This document shows positions 47,954 to 56,396 of a DNA stretch of 64,000 nt, in pieces. The number at the start of each line of letters is the position of its first letter. Position 1 is the stretch's first letter. The DNA comes from Bacteroidota bacterium. GTDB taxonomy: Bacteria > Bacteroidota > Ignavibacteria > UBA10030. Location: assembly GCA_035390885.1 (NCBI GenBank), contig DAOOUW010000007.1:84-64083 (forward strand), in the 5' to 3' direction. The notes beneath the pieces were generated by a model, which made no database searches, was not told the DNA's origin, and saw only the letters and a program-made list of their open reading frames with translations. Made by a program: the position numbers and the translations under genes.

Positions 47954-48114
47954 TATAGCGCTAATCCAAGAATAAAATATAGATTCTTGTAATTCAACTC
48001 TTTCCTTGAATTTTTATTATTGGAATCTTAAGGGACGTTGCAGAATTATTGGACTATTTAGCCTTTCTCAATTTTATTATTTCCCAGTTTATACATTAGA
48101 AATTTGCAAAGACT

Positions 48115-48196
48115 GTTGCCTCGATACGCCTTACGGGACCTCGGCAACCAATCTACCGACAGTGGCTGAGCAGAGCGATGGCACGTATCAATGCCC
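48115..48196 (-). repeat. Structured intergenic repeat, copy C (inverted orientation)
   Basis: Its reverse complement aligns with the cores of copies A and B. Lies in the divergent promoter region of the secretion cluster, in sense orientation to the minus-strand pseudopilin operon leader. Confidence 0.7.
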
Positions 48197-48413
48197 ATTT
48201 TAGTTCCTTTTCTCTACTTCTTCATTTCTATAGTCCATTCTTCCCCTAGTACATCTAATTTACTATACCCAACATTTTTATTGGACATAATACCTGCCAT
48301 TCTTAATGAGCTATTACATATTACACGATTTTTTCCATACTTGAGAAATATTTGTAATAATTGTATAATAGGTAGAAGGTAATTCAAAGTGCAATAGTAA
48401 AGGAGGTTTTTCC

Positions 48414-48833
48414 ATGAAGAAAAGAAATATTAACTTTTATTATTCTTCATCTGGATTTTCTTTAACCGAGCTGATGGTTGTACTTGTCATCATCGGTGTT
48501 TTGGTTCTTCTGGCGATGCCGAAACTTCTTCCAATTGTTACAAAGGCAAAAACAACCGAGGCAAAACTCATGCTCAAACAGGTAATAACGCTAGAGCAAA
48601 GTTATAAATTCGAGAACGATCGATATTCGAACTCACTTGCCGAAATCGGCTTCGAGCAGTCGAAACTTATATCAGAGGGAGGTCAAGCACGATATAAAAT
48701 CGAAATTACTTCTGCTGATGAAAAAAGTTTTGTTGCACGAGCTATTTCGACGGTAGATTTCAATAATAACGGTGTATACAATGTATGGGTTGCCGATGAA
48801 ACAGGAGCTATAAAAGAGGAAGTCCCAGATTGA
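48414..48833 (+). CDS. gspG: Major pseudopilin/pilin (GspG/PilA-like)
   Basis: 139 aa, SSG/FSLTELMVVLVIIGVLVLLAMP. AAGGAGG ribosome-binding site upstream. Confidence 0.8.
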   Translation: MKKRNINFYYSSSGFSLTELMVVLVIIGVLVLLAMPKLLPIVTKAKTTEAKLMLKQVITLEQSYKFENDRYSNSLAEIGFEQSKLISEGGQARYKIEITSADEKSFVARAISTVDFNNNGVYNVWVADETGAIKEEVPD

Positions 48834-48839
48834 CAAATC

Positions 48840-49631
48840 ATGCCAGAATATATTTTTATATTATCCTTGTTAGGACTCTCCTTAGGTAGTTTTCTTACCA
48901 GTTGCACTTATCGAATACCACGGAAAATATCAATAATGCTTAGCTCGTTCTGCCCACGCTGTCATAAAAAATTACAATGGTATGAATTAATTCCCGTTAT
49001 TAGTTATGTTATTTCCAACGGTAGATGCCGAGGGTGTAAACAAAGGATTAGTTTTTTATATCCACTTACCGAACTTATTGCAGCAGGAATTACAGTTACC
49101 ATTTTTTTAAAATATGGAATCACGTGGATAACATTTGAGTTGTTGTTTTTTTTCTTGATATCATTTACAATTGCCGTTATCGATTGGAATTTTTTGAGCA
49201 TCCCTAACATTATTCTTCTTGCCGGGCTAATGATTGGAATATTCTTGAAAGCTGTTCAAGGGAAAGATGTAGTTGTTACTTCACTCATTTCCTCATTGAG
49301 TGCATTTGCTACTCTATTGGCGGTGATGATCGTTGGAAATGCATCTTTCAAAAAACAAACAATGGGCAGCGGCGATGTAAAGTTAGCAGGAATTATTGGA
49401 CTTTTCCTCGGATACACAAATTTTCTGATTTCACTTTGGATTTCTGCAATTATAGGCTCTCTCTTTGGTGTCATCATGAAAAATAAAAAAATAGATATCG
49501 ACGATAGCGGTGACAATTTGGAACTTAAAATTCCTTTTGGAGCTTTTTTCTCAATTACTTCTTTCTTTATCTTATTATTTCAGAACAATGTAAAAGAAAT
49601 TGTAAATCTATGTCTAATAGCGCATCTTTAA
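48840..49631 (+). CDS. pilD: Prepilin peptidase (A24 family, PilD/GspO)
   Basis: CPRC..CRGC zinc motif, multi-TM body, and the GSGDVKL aspartate motif. Confidence 0.85.
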   Translation: MPEYIFILSLLGLSLGSFLTSCTYRIPRKISIMLSSFCPRCHKKLQWYELIPVISYVISNGRCRGCKQRISFLYPLTELIAAGITVTIFLKYGITWITFELLFFFLISFTIAVIDWNFLSIPNIILLAGLMIGIFLKAVQGKDVVVTSLISSLSAFATLLAVMIVGNASFKKQTMGSGDVKLAGIIGLFLGYTNFLISLWISAIIGSLFGVIMKNKKIDIDDSGDNLELKIPFGAFFSITSFFILLFQNNVKEIVNLCLIAHL

Positions 49632-51103
49632 AAATTGATCAAGAGGTATTGAAGCTCATTCCAAAGCAAATGGCTGTGGATTTGTGTGTATTGCCGCTTT
49701 CAAAAGATGATGGAGCCATCCACATTGCAATGGTTGAAAACTACGACAGAAAAATCTTGAATGAACTTTCCTTTGTATTGGGCAAAAAAATAGTGGTAGA
49801 GATTTTTCCACAGGATGTTCTGGTTGAAGCTATAAAGCAGCACTATGGTTTCTCGAATTTTGAAACAATAAAATCGGAACCCGAAGAACTAAATTCCGAA
49901 TTTGTTTCATTAAAGGAAGAGGAAAAGAAAGTAGAATTTTCATCGGATGGCTCAGTAGTATCGTTAGTGAATAGAATTATTACTGATGCAATCGATATGG
50001 GAGCAAGCGATATTCATGTCGAGCCTTATGAAAAACAACTGCGGATTCGATATCGTCTGGATGGAGTCTTGCATGAAATACATCAGCTATCGGTAAATAA
50101 AGCAAAGCCTATTATTTCTCGTTTGAAAATTATGGCAGATTTAGATATTGCGGAAAAGAGAAGGCCTCAGGACGGCCGTATAAGAGTAAAACAAAAAAAT
50201 CGTGTCATCGATATACGTGTATCAACACTACCAACCGATTTCGGTGAAAAGGTGGTACTTAGGATTCTCGATAAATCTCAACTTCAACTTGATTTATCGA
50301 AATTAGGATTCGAAGAAAATGATTTGAATAAATTCAAACGAGTGTTGCACCTGCCGTATGGTATGGTGCTTGTAACAGGTCCAACTGGAAGCGGAAAAAC
50401 TACAACGCTCTACGCAGCGCTCAATTATATTAGTAGTCCAGAAATCAATATCACAACCATCGAGGATCCCGTTGAATATAATTTACCAGGGATCAATCAA
50501 ACTCAGGTACGATCCGATATCGGCGTAACCTTTGCAACAGCATTACGAGCAATTTTACGACAGGATCCAAATGTTATTATGGTTGGAGAAATCAGAGATG
50601 GTGAAACTGCCGAAATTGCAATACGATCGGCATTAACCGGACATCTTGTGCTTTCTACTTTACATACAAACGATGCTCCTTCTGCAGTAACGCGTCTTGT
50701 GGATATGGGAGTCGAACCATTTTTAGTAGCGTCTTCTTTAAAGATGATCCTTGCGCAAAGACTCTTACGGCGATTGTGTAACAAATGCAAAATGCCGGTA
50801 AAGCCATCTCAAGATATTATTCAGGAAATTGGCGCCAAAAATATTAAAGATAATGTAGTATATTACGAACCAGCCGGTTGCCCTGAATGTAATCATCTGG
50901 GATATAGAGGTCGTACCGCTGCTTATGAAGTTCTGCTTCTAGAGGAAGGATTACTGGAGCATATTGGGAAAAATGTAACTGCGACTGAGGTGCGCACTAT
51001 TGCAAAGAAGGAAGGTATGCTCACTTTGAGGCAATCTGCACTGTTAAAAGCTGAACGTGGGGAAACTTCTTTAACGGAAGTAGTAAGAGAGACCACTCAA
51101 TAA
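49610..51103 (+). CDS. gspE: Secretion ATPase GspE/PilB family
   Basis: T2SSE_N domain, Walker A GPTGSGKTTT, Asp box, Walker B, His box, and a tetracysteine CNKC..CPEC motif. Confidence 0.9.
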   Translation: MSNSASLKIDQEVLKLIPKQMAVDLCVLPLSKDDGAIHIAMVENYDRKILNELSFVLGKKIVVEIFPQDVLVEAIKQHYGFSNFETIKSEPEELNSEFVSLKEEEKKVEFSSDGSVVSLVNRIITDAIDMGASDIHVEPYEKQLRIRYRLDGVLHEIHQLSVNKAKPIISRLKIMADLDIAEKRRPQDGRIRVKQKNRVIDIRVSTLPTDFGEKVVLRILDKSQLQLDLSKLGFEENDLNKFKRVLHLPYGMVLVTGPTGSGKTTTLYAALNYISSPEINITTIEDPVEYNLPGINQTQVRSDIGVTFATALRAILRQDPNVIMVGEIRDGETAEIAIRSALTGHLVLSTLHTNDAPSAVTRLVDMGVEPFLVASSLKMILAQRLLRRLCNKCKMPVKPSQDIIQEIGAKNIKDNVVYYEPAGCPECNHLGYRGRTAAYEVLLLEEGLLEHIGKNVTATEVRTIAKKEGMLTLRQSALLKAERGETSLTEVVRETTQ

Positions 51104-51184
51104 GAGAGGAGATGTTTTTCAAATAAAATCAATTACTGATTTTAATGAAATTTGAAGAAAGTTTGCCATTTCAAGGAGGTTTAT

Positions 51185-53311
51185 ATGAAAATTAAAATAA
51201 TATTCTTAATCACTTTCATTATTACAAATTCCATAAATCTATTTTGCCAGCAAGCCGATACCCTGCAACAGAGATTTCGTAAAATGCCTCAAAGACAGCC
51301 GTTCCCTCAACAGGTTCAGGATAAAACAATCCAAAGTCAATTAATGGGAAAGGGTACCGAACAGTCGATACCTACCGATGTTTCAAGTGAGTCTACTGAA
51401 ATGCAAAATGCCGATTCTTCACTTATCGTACCTACACCGGTTGATACAACAATGATAGAATCTGAAAGTATGTCAAAGGAAGGAAAAGGTCCCGAAATAA
51501 AAAAAGAAATCGAATTACCGCAGGGCGCAAAAGATAGTACCACACTAAGTTTTCGAGATACAGATATAAGAGATATTTTTCGAGGATTAGCGCTCCAGCA
51601 TAAGTTGAACATCTTTGTAGATAACAGCATTAATAAAAGAGTAACGATATCGCTTAATCAAGTGCAAGTCTATGAAGCTATTAAATTTATTTGTGAGCAA
51701 AACAATTTAAGACTCGAAATCGAAGGTGGAATCTTCAAAGTATTGCCCCCTCTTCCACTTCCAAAGCCCGTCCCTCCTCCACCAAAAGTACCAATGGTTT
51801 ATTATGAAAATGGCCTTTTATCCGTCTGGCTTAAAAATGATGATCTAGAATCTGTTATTACAGAAATACAGAAGAAGTCCGGGAAAAATATTCTCATCCT
51901 GAGCGGAACTACAGGGTCATTGAGTGGAAATTTGAAGGACGTAGATTTCGATATAGGCTTTACGCAGTTATTGAATAATAATGGTTTTGCCGTTCAGAAG
52001 AAAAATGGAATTTACATCGTTAGTCGTCTGGATTATTTTGTTGGTCAACAACAAGCACCTCAAGGACAAAAAGCTGGTCCATACTGGATTAGCGTTAAAG
52101 ATTCAGTTGTTACGTTAGATGTTACCAATGCGCCACTGGAGCGAGTCATTGCGGATATGATCCGTCAGTTGAATACGGATGTGGTGTTCTATAATACAGT
52201 TACAGGCACCGTTACAGCAAGGGCAACAAACGTTAATCTTGATAAGGCTCTTGATATCATTTTGAGAAATACGAATTATGGATATCGTGAATCAGAAGGA
52301 ATCTATTTTATTGGCGAGAAGACGAATAAAGCTTTGATGGCTACAAAGCTTATAAAGCTGAAGTACCTTAGAGCAGATAAAATTATAGAAAGTGTACCTC
52401 AATCAATTTCTTCTCAAGCAACAATTAAAGTAATGAACGAACATAATGGAATTGTCATCATTGCACCAAACGATGTTATCTCTGAAGCAGAAGAATTTAT
52501 TCAACAAATAGATAAACCAGTCGCACAGGTATTGATCGAAGCGATTGTTGTAGATTTTGATAGAACAAAAGCTCTTGATTTAGGGGTGAAGGCAGGGTAT
52601 CTAAGTTCAGGCGATTCTACGGTTTCTTTTTCAAGAACAGATATGGTTGTCCCGAATGTTGATATGATGTTTTCTGCAAATCAACTTAATAATGCTTTAC
52701 AAAACGTTGGCGCAGTAAACATCGGTAAGCTCCCCAATAATTTCTTTGTACAATTAAAAGCCATGGAGCAACGCGGCGTCGCAAATATTCAATCTCGACC
52801 ATTGCTTGCGACTCTCAATGGGCATCCTGCAACATTGAGTGTTGGTACAACTTTCTATTTCAAGCTTTTGACAACCACCTCTCTATATAATGTTGGGCAG
52901 GGCTATTTACCTCAAACGAGCGAACAATTTACAACAGTCGAAGCTGATACCAAATTGGAAATTACACCCTACGTAGGTTCTGATGGACAAATAACTGTCG
53001 AGTTGAAGCCAGATTTTAAGACCCCGATTGGAACACCAAGTAATGGAATTCCGCCAACGATCAATCGACGAGCTCTTTCTTCAACATTGGTTGTTCGGGA
53101 AGGCGAAACAATTGTCGTCGGTGGATTGATTCAAGAAGTAGAGAATGTATCGAAAACACAAGTGCCCATTCTCGGCTCGATTCCTTTATTAGGGTATCTC
53201 TTCTCTTCCACCAATAAGAGTACTAACAAAACTGAATTGTTAATTTACATAACTCCTCATATTTCATTTGGTGAAGAGTTTCAGAATGTGAGCTTACCTA
53301 CACAGAAATAA
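51185..53311 (+). CDS. gspD: Outer-membrane secretin (GspD/PilQ family)
   Basis: Signal peptide, proline-rich linker PLPLPKPVPPPPKVP, N-domains, and a C-terminal secretin domain (..VVREGETIVVGGLI...VPILGSIPLLGYLF). The start at 51185 follows AAGGAGGTTTAT; the track ORF begins at a TTG at 51152. Confidence 0.85.
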   Translation: MKIKIIFLITFIITNSINLFCQQADTLQQRFRKMPQRQPFPQQVQDKTIQSQLMGKGTEQSIPTDVSSESTEMQNADSSLIVPTPVDTTMIESESMSKEGKGPEIKKEIELPQGAKDSTTLSFRDTDIRDIFRGLALQHKLNIFVDNSINKRVTISLNQVQVYEAIKFICEQNNLRLEIEGGIFKVLPPLPLPKPVPPPPKVPMVYYENGLLSVWLKNDDLESVITEIQKKSGKNILILSGTTGSLSGNLKDVDFDIGFTQLLNNNGFAVQKKNGIYIVSRLDYFVGQQQAPQGQKAGPYWISVKDSVVTLDVTNAPLERVIADMIRQLNTDVVFYNTVTGTVTARATNVNLDKALDIILRNTNYGYRESEGIYFIGEKTNKALMATKLIKLKYLRADKIIESVPQSISSQATIKVMNEHNGIVIIAPNDVISEAEEFIQQIDKPVAQVLIEAIVVDFDRTKALDLGVKAGYLSSGDSTVSFSRTDMVVPNVDMMFSANQLNNALQNVGAVNIGKLPNNFFVQLKAMEQRGVANIQSRPLLATLNGHPATLSVGTTFYFKLLTTTSLYNVGQGYLPQTSEQFTTVEADTKLEITPYVGSDGQITVELKPDFKTPIGTPSNGIPPTINRRALSSTLVVREGETIVVGGLIQEVENVSKTQVPILGSIPLLGYLFSSTNKSTNKTELLIYITPHISFGEEFQNVSLPTQK

Positions 53312-53319
53312 TCTGGTTG

Positions 53320-54747
53320 ATGAAGAATCCACTGCAACAAATCGACGTCAAGAAAATTGCCGGTGTAAAGAAAATTCTGGGAATAAATTTCGATGAACAT
53401 CGCGCTCGGATTGTCGAAGTTCAGCAATCTATAAAATATTCAAAAAAGAATGCATCAACGTATAAAGCGCTAAACTCTTTTACAGTTAATTTCAATGAAA
53501 ATTCTTCCTGGTCTGAAAAAGGAGAGGCAATTAAAGTAGCCCTTGCTCAACGAGGTATCACTACTCCCTACGCTGTTACAAGCATTCAATCGCTAGGAAT
53601 AAAAATAGTTGAAGTGAATATCCCACCTGGTACCCAGGATTTCGATGAATGGATCATGGAGAACCAAGAGAAACTCTTAAAGTATACAAATTCATCGGCG
53701 AAAATAGTTTATGTCTATAAAATATTAGAAGAAACGGATCAAGGATACCGAACAGAAATTTGTTTTGTGCGACAAGAACAAATCGAAAATTATACAATTG
53801 CACTAGAGAAAGCTGGATTGAAGATCCTTTTCATGGATGTAGGAATATCGGATGCACTCTATGCTTTGGAAGTTGAAAAAAATGCACTAAATGTAAAATT
53901 AGAGAAAACGATTTTTGTTTATGTCCAGGAACATCAATTCATTATAATGAAAATACAAAATGGGAAAAGGATATCTCTGTCCGTACAAGACGCTCCTGAA
54001 AATAGTAACATTTCGGATGAATTATCAAATATACTTCCAAACGAAGATGATGTTGAGGTCATTTTAACAGGCGATGTCGTTCAAACACAATCATATCGAG
54101 TTCTGAATCCGTTGGGATGCACTCCAGAGTATGCGCTTGCTGTGGGTTTGGCAATCCGAGGGTTTTCATCATCAGCGAATGAAAAATCACTTTTGCCCGA
54201 TTCAGAGAGAGAACAATTAGAAACTTCTTTAATGAAGTCGGTTTTCCAGAGAGTAACAATTTTATTGGGCTCGATAGTTTTACTCGCCTTGCTTTTGCAA
54301 TATGTGACAGATTATATCATTACCTCTAAAATGGAAGGAATGGAAGAACAGTTATTGCAGAATGGCAGTTCTTATGCTGAAGTACAATTACTCGAGAAAC
54401 AAGTACAAGAACTTAAACAGCAGTTACAAGGGAAAGGAGCGTTGGTTAAATCTTCTCAATATGCAAAATTCCTTCACGATATTGCAGCGGCTATTCCTGA
54501 AGGCTCATGGCTCTATAGATTAAAAGGTGGAGAGAATACAAATGGCTCGTCGGCGTTTTCACTTTGTGGATATGCCGAGAATACTGAAAAAGTTACAGAA
54601 TTACTACGCTCATTATATGAGAAAAAATTCGATGTAAAGCTCATTCGCTCTGGCAATCAATTGCCGGCTGAAAGTCTTGTGCCTATTCCTTCAGGAAAGA
54701 AATTCATCACTTTTGAAATTCAGGTATCTTACCGTTCAATAGAATGA
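53320..54747 (+). CDS. PilM-PilN fusion / GspL-like assembly protein
   Basis: Has a cytoplasmic actin-like N-domain, one TM helix (VTILLGSIVLLALLLQYV) and a coiled-coil periplasmic domain. Confidence 0.55.
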   Translation: MKNPLQQIDVKKIAGVKKILGINFDEHRARIVEVQQSIKYSKKNASTYKALNSFTVNFNENSSWSEKGEAIKVALAQRGITTPYAVTSIQSLGIKIVEVNIPPGTQDFDEWIMENQEKLLKYTNSSAKIVYVYKILEETDQGYRTEICFVRQEQIENYTIALEKAGLKILFMDVGISDALYALEVEKNALNVKLEKTIFVYVQEHQFIIMKIQNGKRISLSVQDAPENSNISDELSNILPNEDDVEVILTGDVVQTQSYRVLNPLGCTPEYALAVGLAIRGFSSSANEKSLLPDSEREQLETSLMKSVFQRVTILLGSIVLLALLLQYVTDYIITSKMEGMEEQLLQNGSSYAEVQLLEKQVQELKQQLQGKGALVKSSQYAKFLHDIAAAIPEGSWLYRLKGGENTNGSSAFSLCGYAENTEKVTELLRSLYEKKFDVKLIRSGNQLPAESLVPIPSGKKFITFEIQVSYRSIE

Positions 54748-55280
54748 AAGAAACGAAAAAATATCGGTACCTCACGATTATCGTGATAATTTGCTGCATC
54801 TATGTATTTGCAACAGAAGTCGTTAATCGTTGGAGTGCAACGCTAAAAAATCATGATGCCCTTATGGAGCGAAGGAAAACCGTCCTTACCCCCGAAGAAC
54901 TGATGAACAAAAAAATGGACTTGATTGCCAGAAAACGCATGCTTACAGCTCAATTGACGCAGGGAGAAACAGGATACGAGCAGAATCAGATTGGCATTGT
55001 AAAACATATCAATACTTGCGCAGAGAAATCGAATATCCTACTGCGTTCATTGACGCCTCTCGAAGCAAAGCGCCTTGGACAGATTGTTGAGCACAGTTTT
55101 AAATTAGAAATGAACGGTACCTACCATCACATAGGTCAGTTTATCAATAAACTCGAGACAGGGGGAATTCCTGTTAAGATCACGCAAATAGATATCGTTC
55201 TTCAAAACTCCCATTCCCAAGTACTAGAAGCAACTTTAGAAGGGAAAGCGTATGTACTATCGAAAGAATCAGCAAAATGA
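54744..55280 (+). CDS. PilO/GspM-like bitopic assembly protein
   Basis: 178 aa with an N-terminal TM helix, a coiled coil and a ferredoxin-like tail. Its start overlaps the upstream gene's stop. Confidence 0.45.
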   Translation: MKETKKYRYLTIIVIICCIYVFATEVVNRWSATLKNHDALMERRKTVLTPEELMNKKMDLIARKRMLTAQLTQGETGYEQNQIGIVKHINTCAEKSNILLRSLTPLEAKRLGQIVEHSFKLEMNGTYHHIGQFINKLETGGIPVKITQIDIVLQNSHSQVLEATLEGKAYVLSKESAK

Positions 55281-55741
55281 GAGCAAATAAGAAAATTACA
55301 TACTTCCTTGCTGTCGTTCTGCTCATTGTGTGGGGAGCTATCGGATATCAGATTATCACTGCTTTGAGTCAAAAAGATGATGACGAAGGAACGATTGCGA
55401 CCACTTTCGATGTTGAGAAAGATTTTAAGAAATCAAGTTATCTCTATATTGATGACGTACGTGATCCTTTCAAATTTAGTTCTTCAGTAAAAGCGGAGTC
55501 AACGAGTAGAGTGAGGAAACCCGCTATTGCTTCCCCTATCAATGTGCCGCCGCCGTTCCGATTGACCGGCATAGTATTGGATAAAAATAAAAAAACAGCG
55601 ATGCTCGAAGGCTATAATGGAAGCGTTTACTTCTTGCACGAAAATGATACAATCGATGGCTTAAAAATTCTAAAGATTACCGAGAACGAAGTAAATTATT
55701 TTTGGCGTAAACAAAAAGGGAAATGGGAATTGACAGAATAA
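55277..55741 (+). CDS. PilP/GspC-like protein
   Basis: 154 aa with an N-terminal TM helix and a C-terminal beta domain (LTGIVLDKNKKTAMLEGYNGSVYFLHENDTIDGLKILKI). Confidence 0.45.
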   Translation: MRANKKITYFLAVVLLIVWGAIGYQIITALSQKDDDEGTIATTFDVEKDFKKSSYLYIDDVRDPFKFSSSVKAESTSRVRKPAIASPINVPPPFRLTGIVLDKNKKTAMLEGYNGSVYFLHENDTIDGLKILKITENEVNYFWRKQKGKWELTE

Positions 55742-55814
55742 AGTGAAATTATTTATTTCACGCAGATAGTACAATTTGGCGCATATATTTTTCAATAGAA
55801 AAGAACAACAATTA

Positions 55815-55980
55815 CCCCCCCCTCTTCAAGAGGGGAATAATTCCCCTTCTCAGAAGGGGTGTCAACCGAAGGTTGACGGGGTAGTCTATCATGGCGGTGG
55901 CTTCGATACAGACTATCGCTCACCTCAGCCACCGTCAGGAAATCGGTTGCCGAGGTGCACGAATTGCATATCGAATCAAC
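55815..55980 (+). repeat. Structured intergenic repeat, copy B (core 55899-55980) with three 5' GC hairpins
   Basis: 5' hairpins: CCCCTCttcaaGAGGGG, CCCCTTCtcaGAAGGGG and GTCAACCgaaGGTTGAC, followed by the core. Lies between the secretion operon and rhs2, in sense orientation to rhs2. ORFs 55776..56021 and 55891..56085 are translations of it. Confidence 0.7.
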
Positions 55981-56278
55981 AGGTTATATTATCGCCGGAA
56001 CTCAAGAGATATTTCCTTTAGAAACACACCTCAATGCTTCTATTGCAAAAATTGGAATGAGTCGAAGTATAGGATTTTTGCGTAAAAAGTACTCGACAAA
56101 GGAATAAAATAATGATACAATTTTTTCAAGCTAAATTTTCACAAAGGAGACTGTAACAGAATTATTCCATTGAGCATAAATAACTAGAAGGCTTGACTGA
56201 CTCAATATGGTTTCAGAGAGGCTCTATAAAGGCTAGAGGAGAGAAAATAAGCAGTGGGGCTTTACCAACCTCTAAATA

Positions 56279-56297
56279 AGAGAGAAAGTTTCTCTCT
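56279..56297. promoter_or_regulatory. 19-nt palindrome AGAGAGAAAGTTTCTCTCT upstream of rhs2
   Basis: Perfect 9-bp arms around one central base, 100 nt upstream of the rhs2 ATG. Could be an operator or a hairpin. Confidence 0.3.
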
Positions 56298-56396
56298 ATT
56301 ACATACATTTTTTAGTTTGTCATATTGCCTATATAAGAATTTACTATAGCTGAAAATCAAATTAATTAATTTAATAAATTTAATGGGAGTTATATC

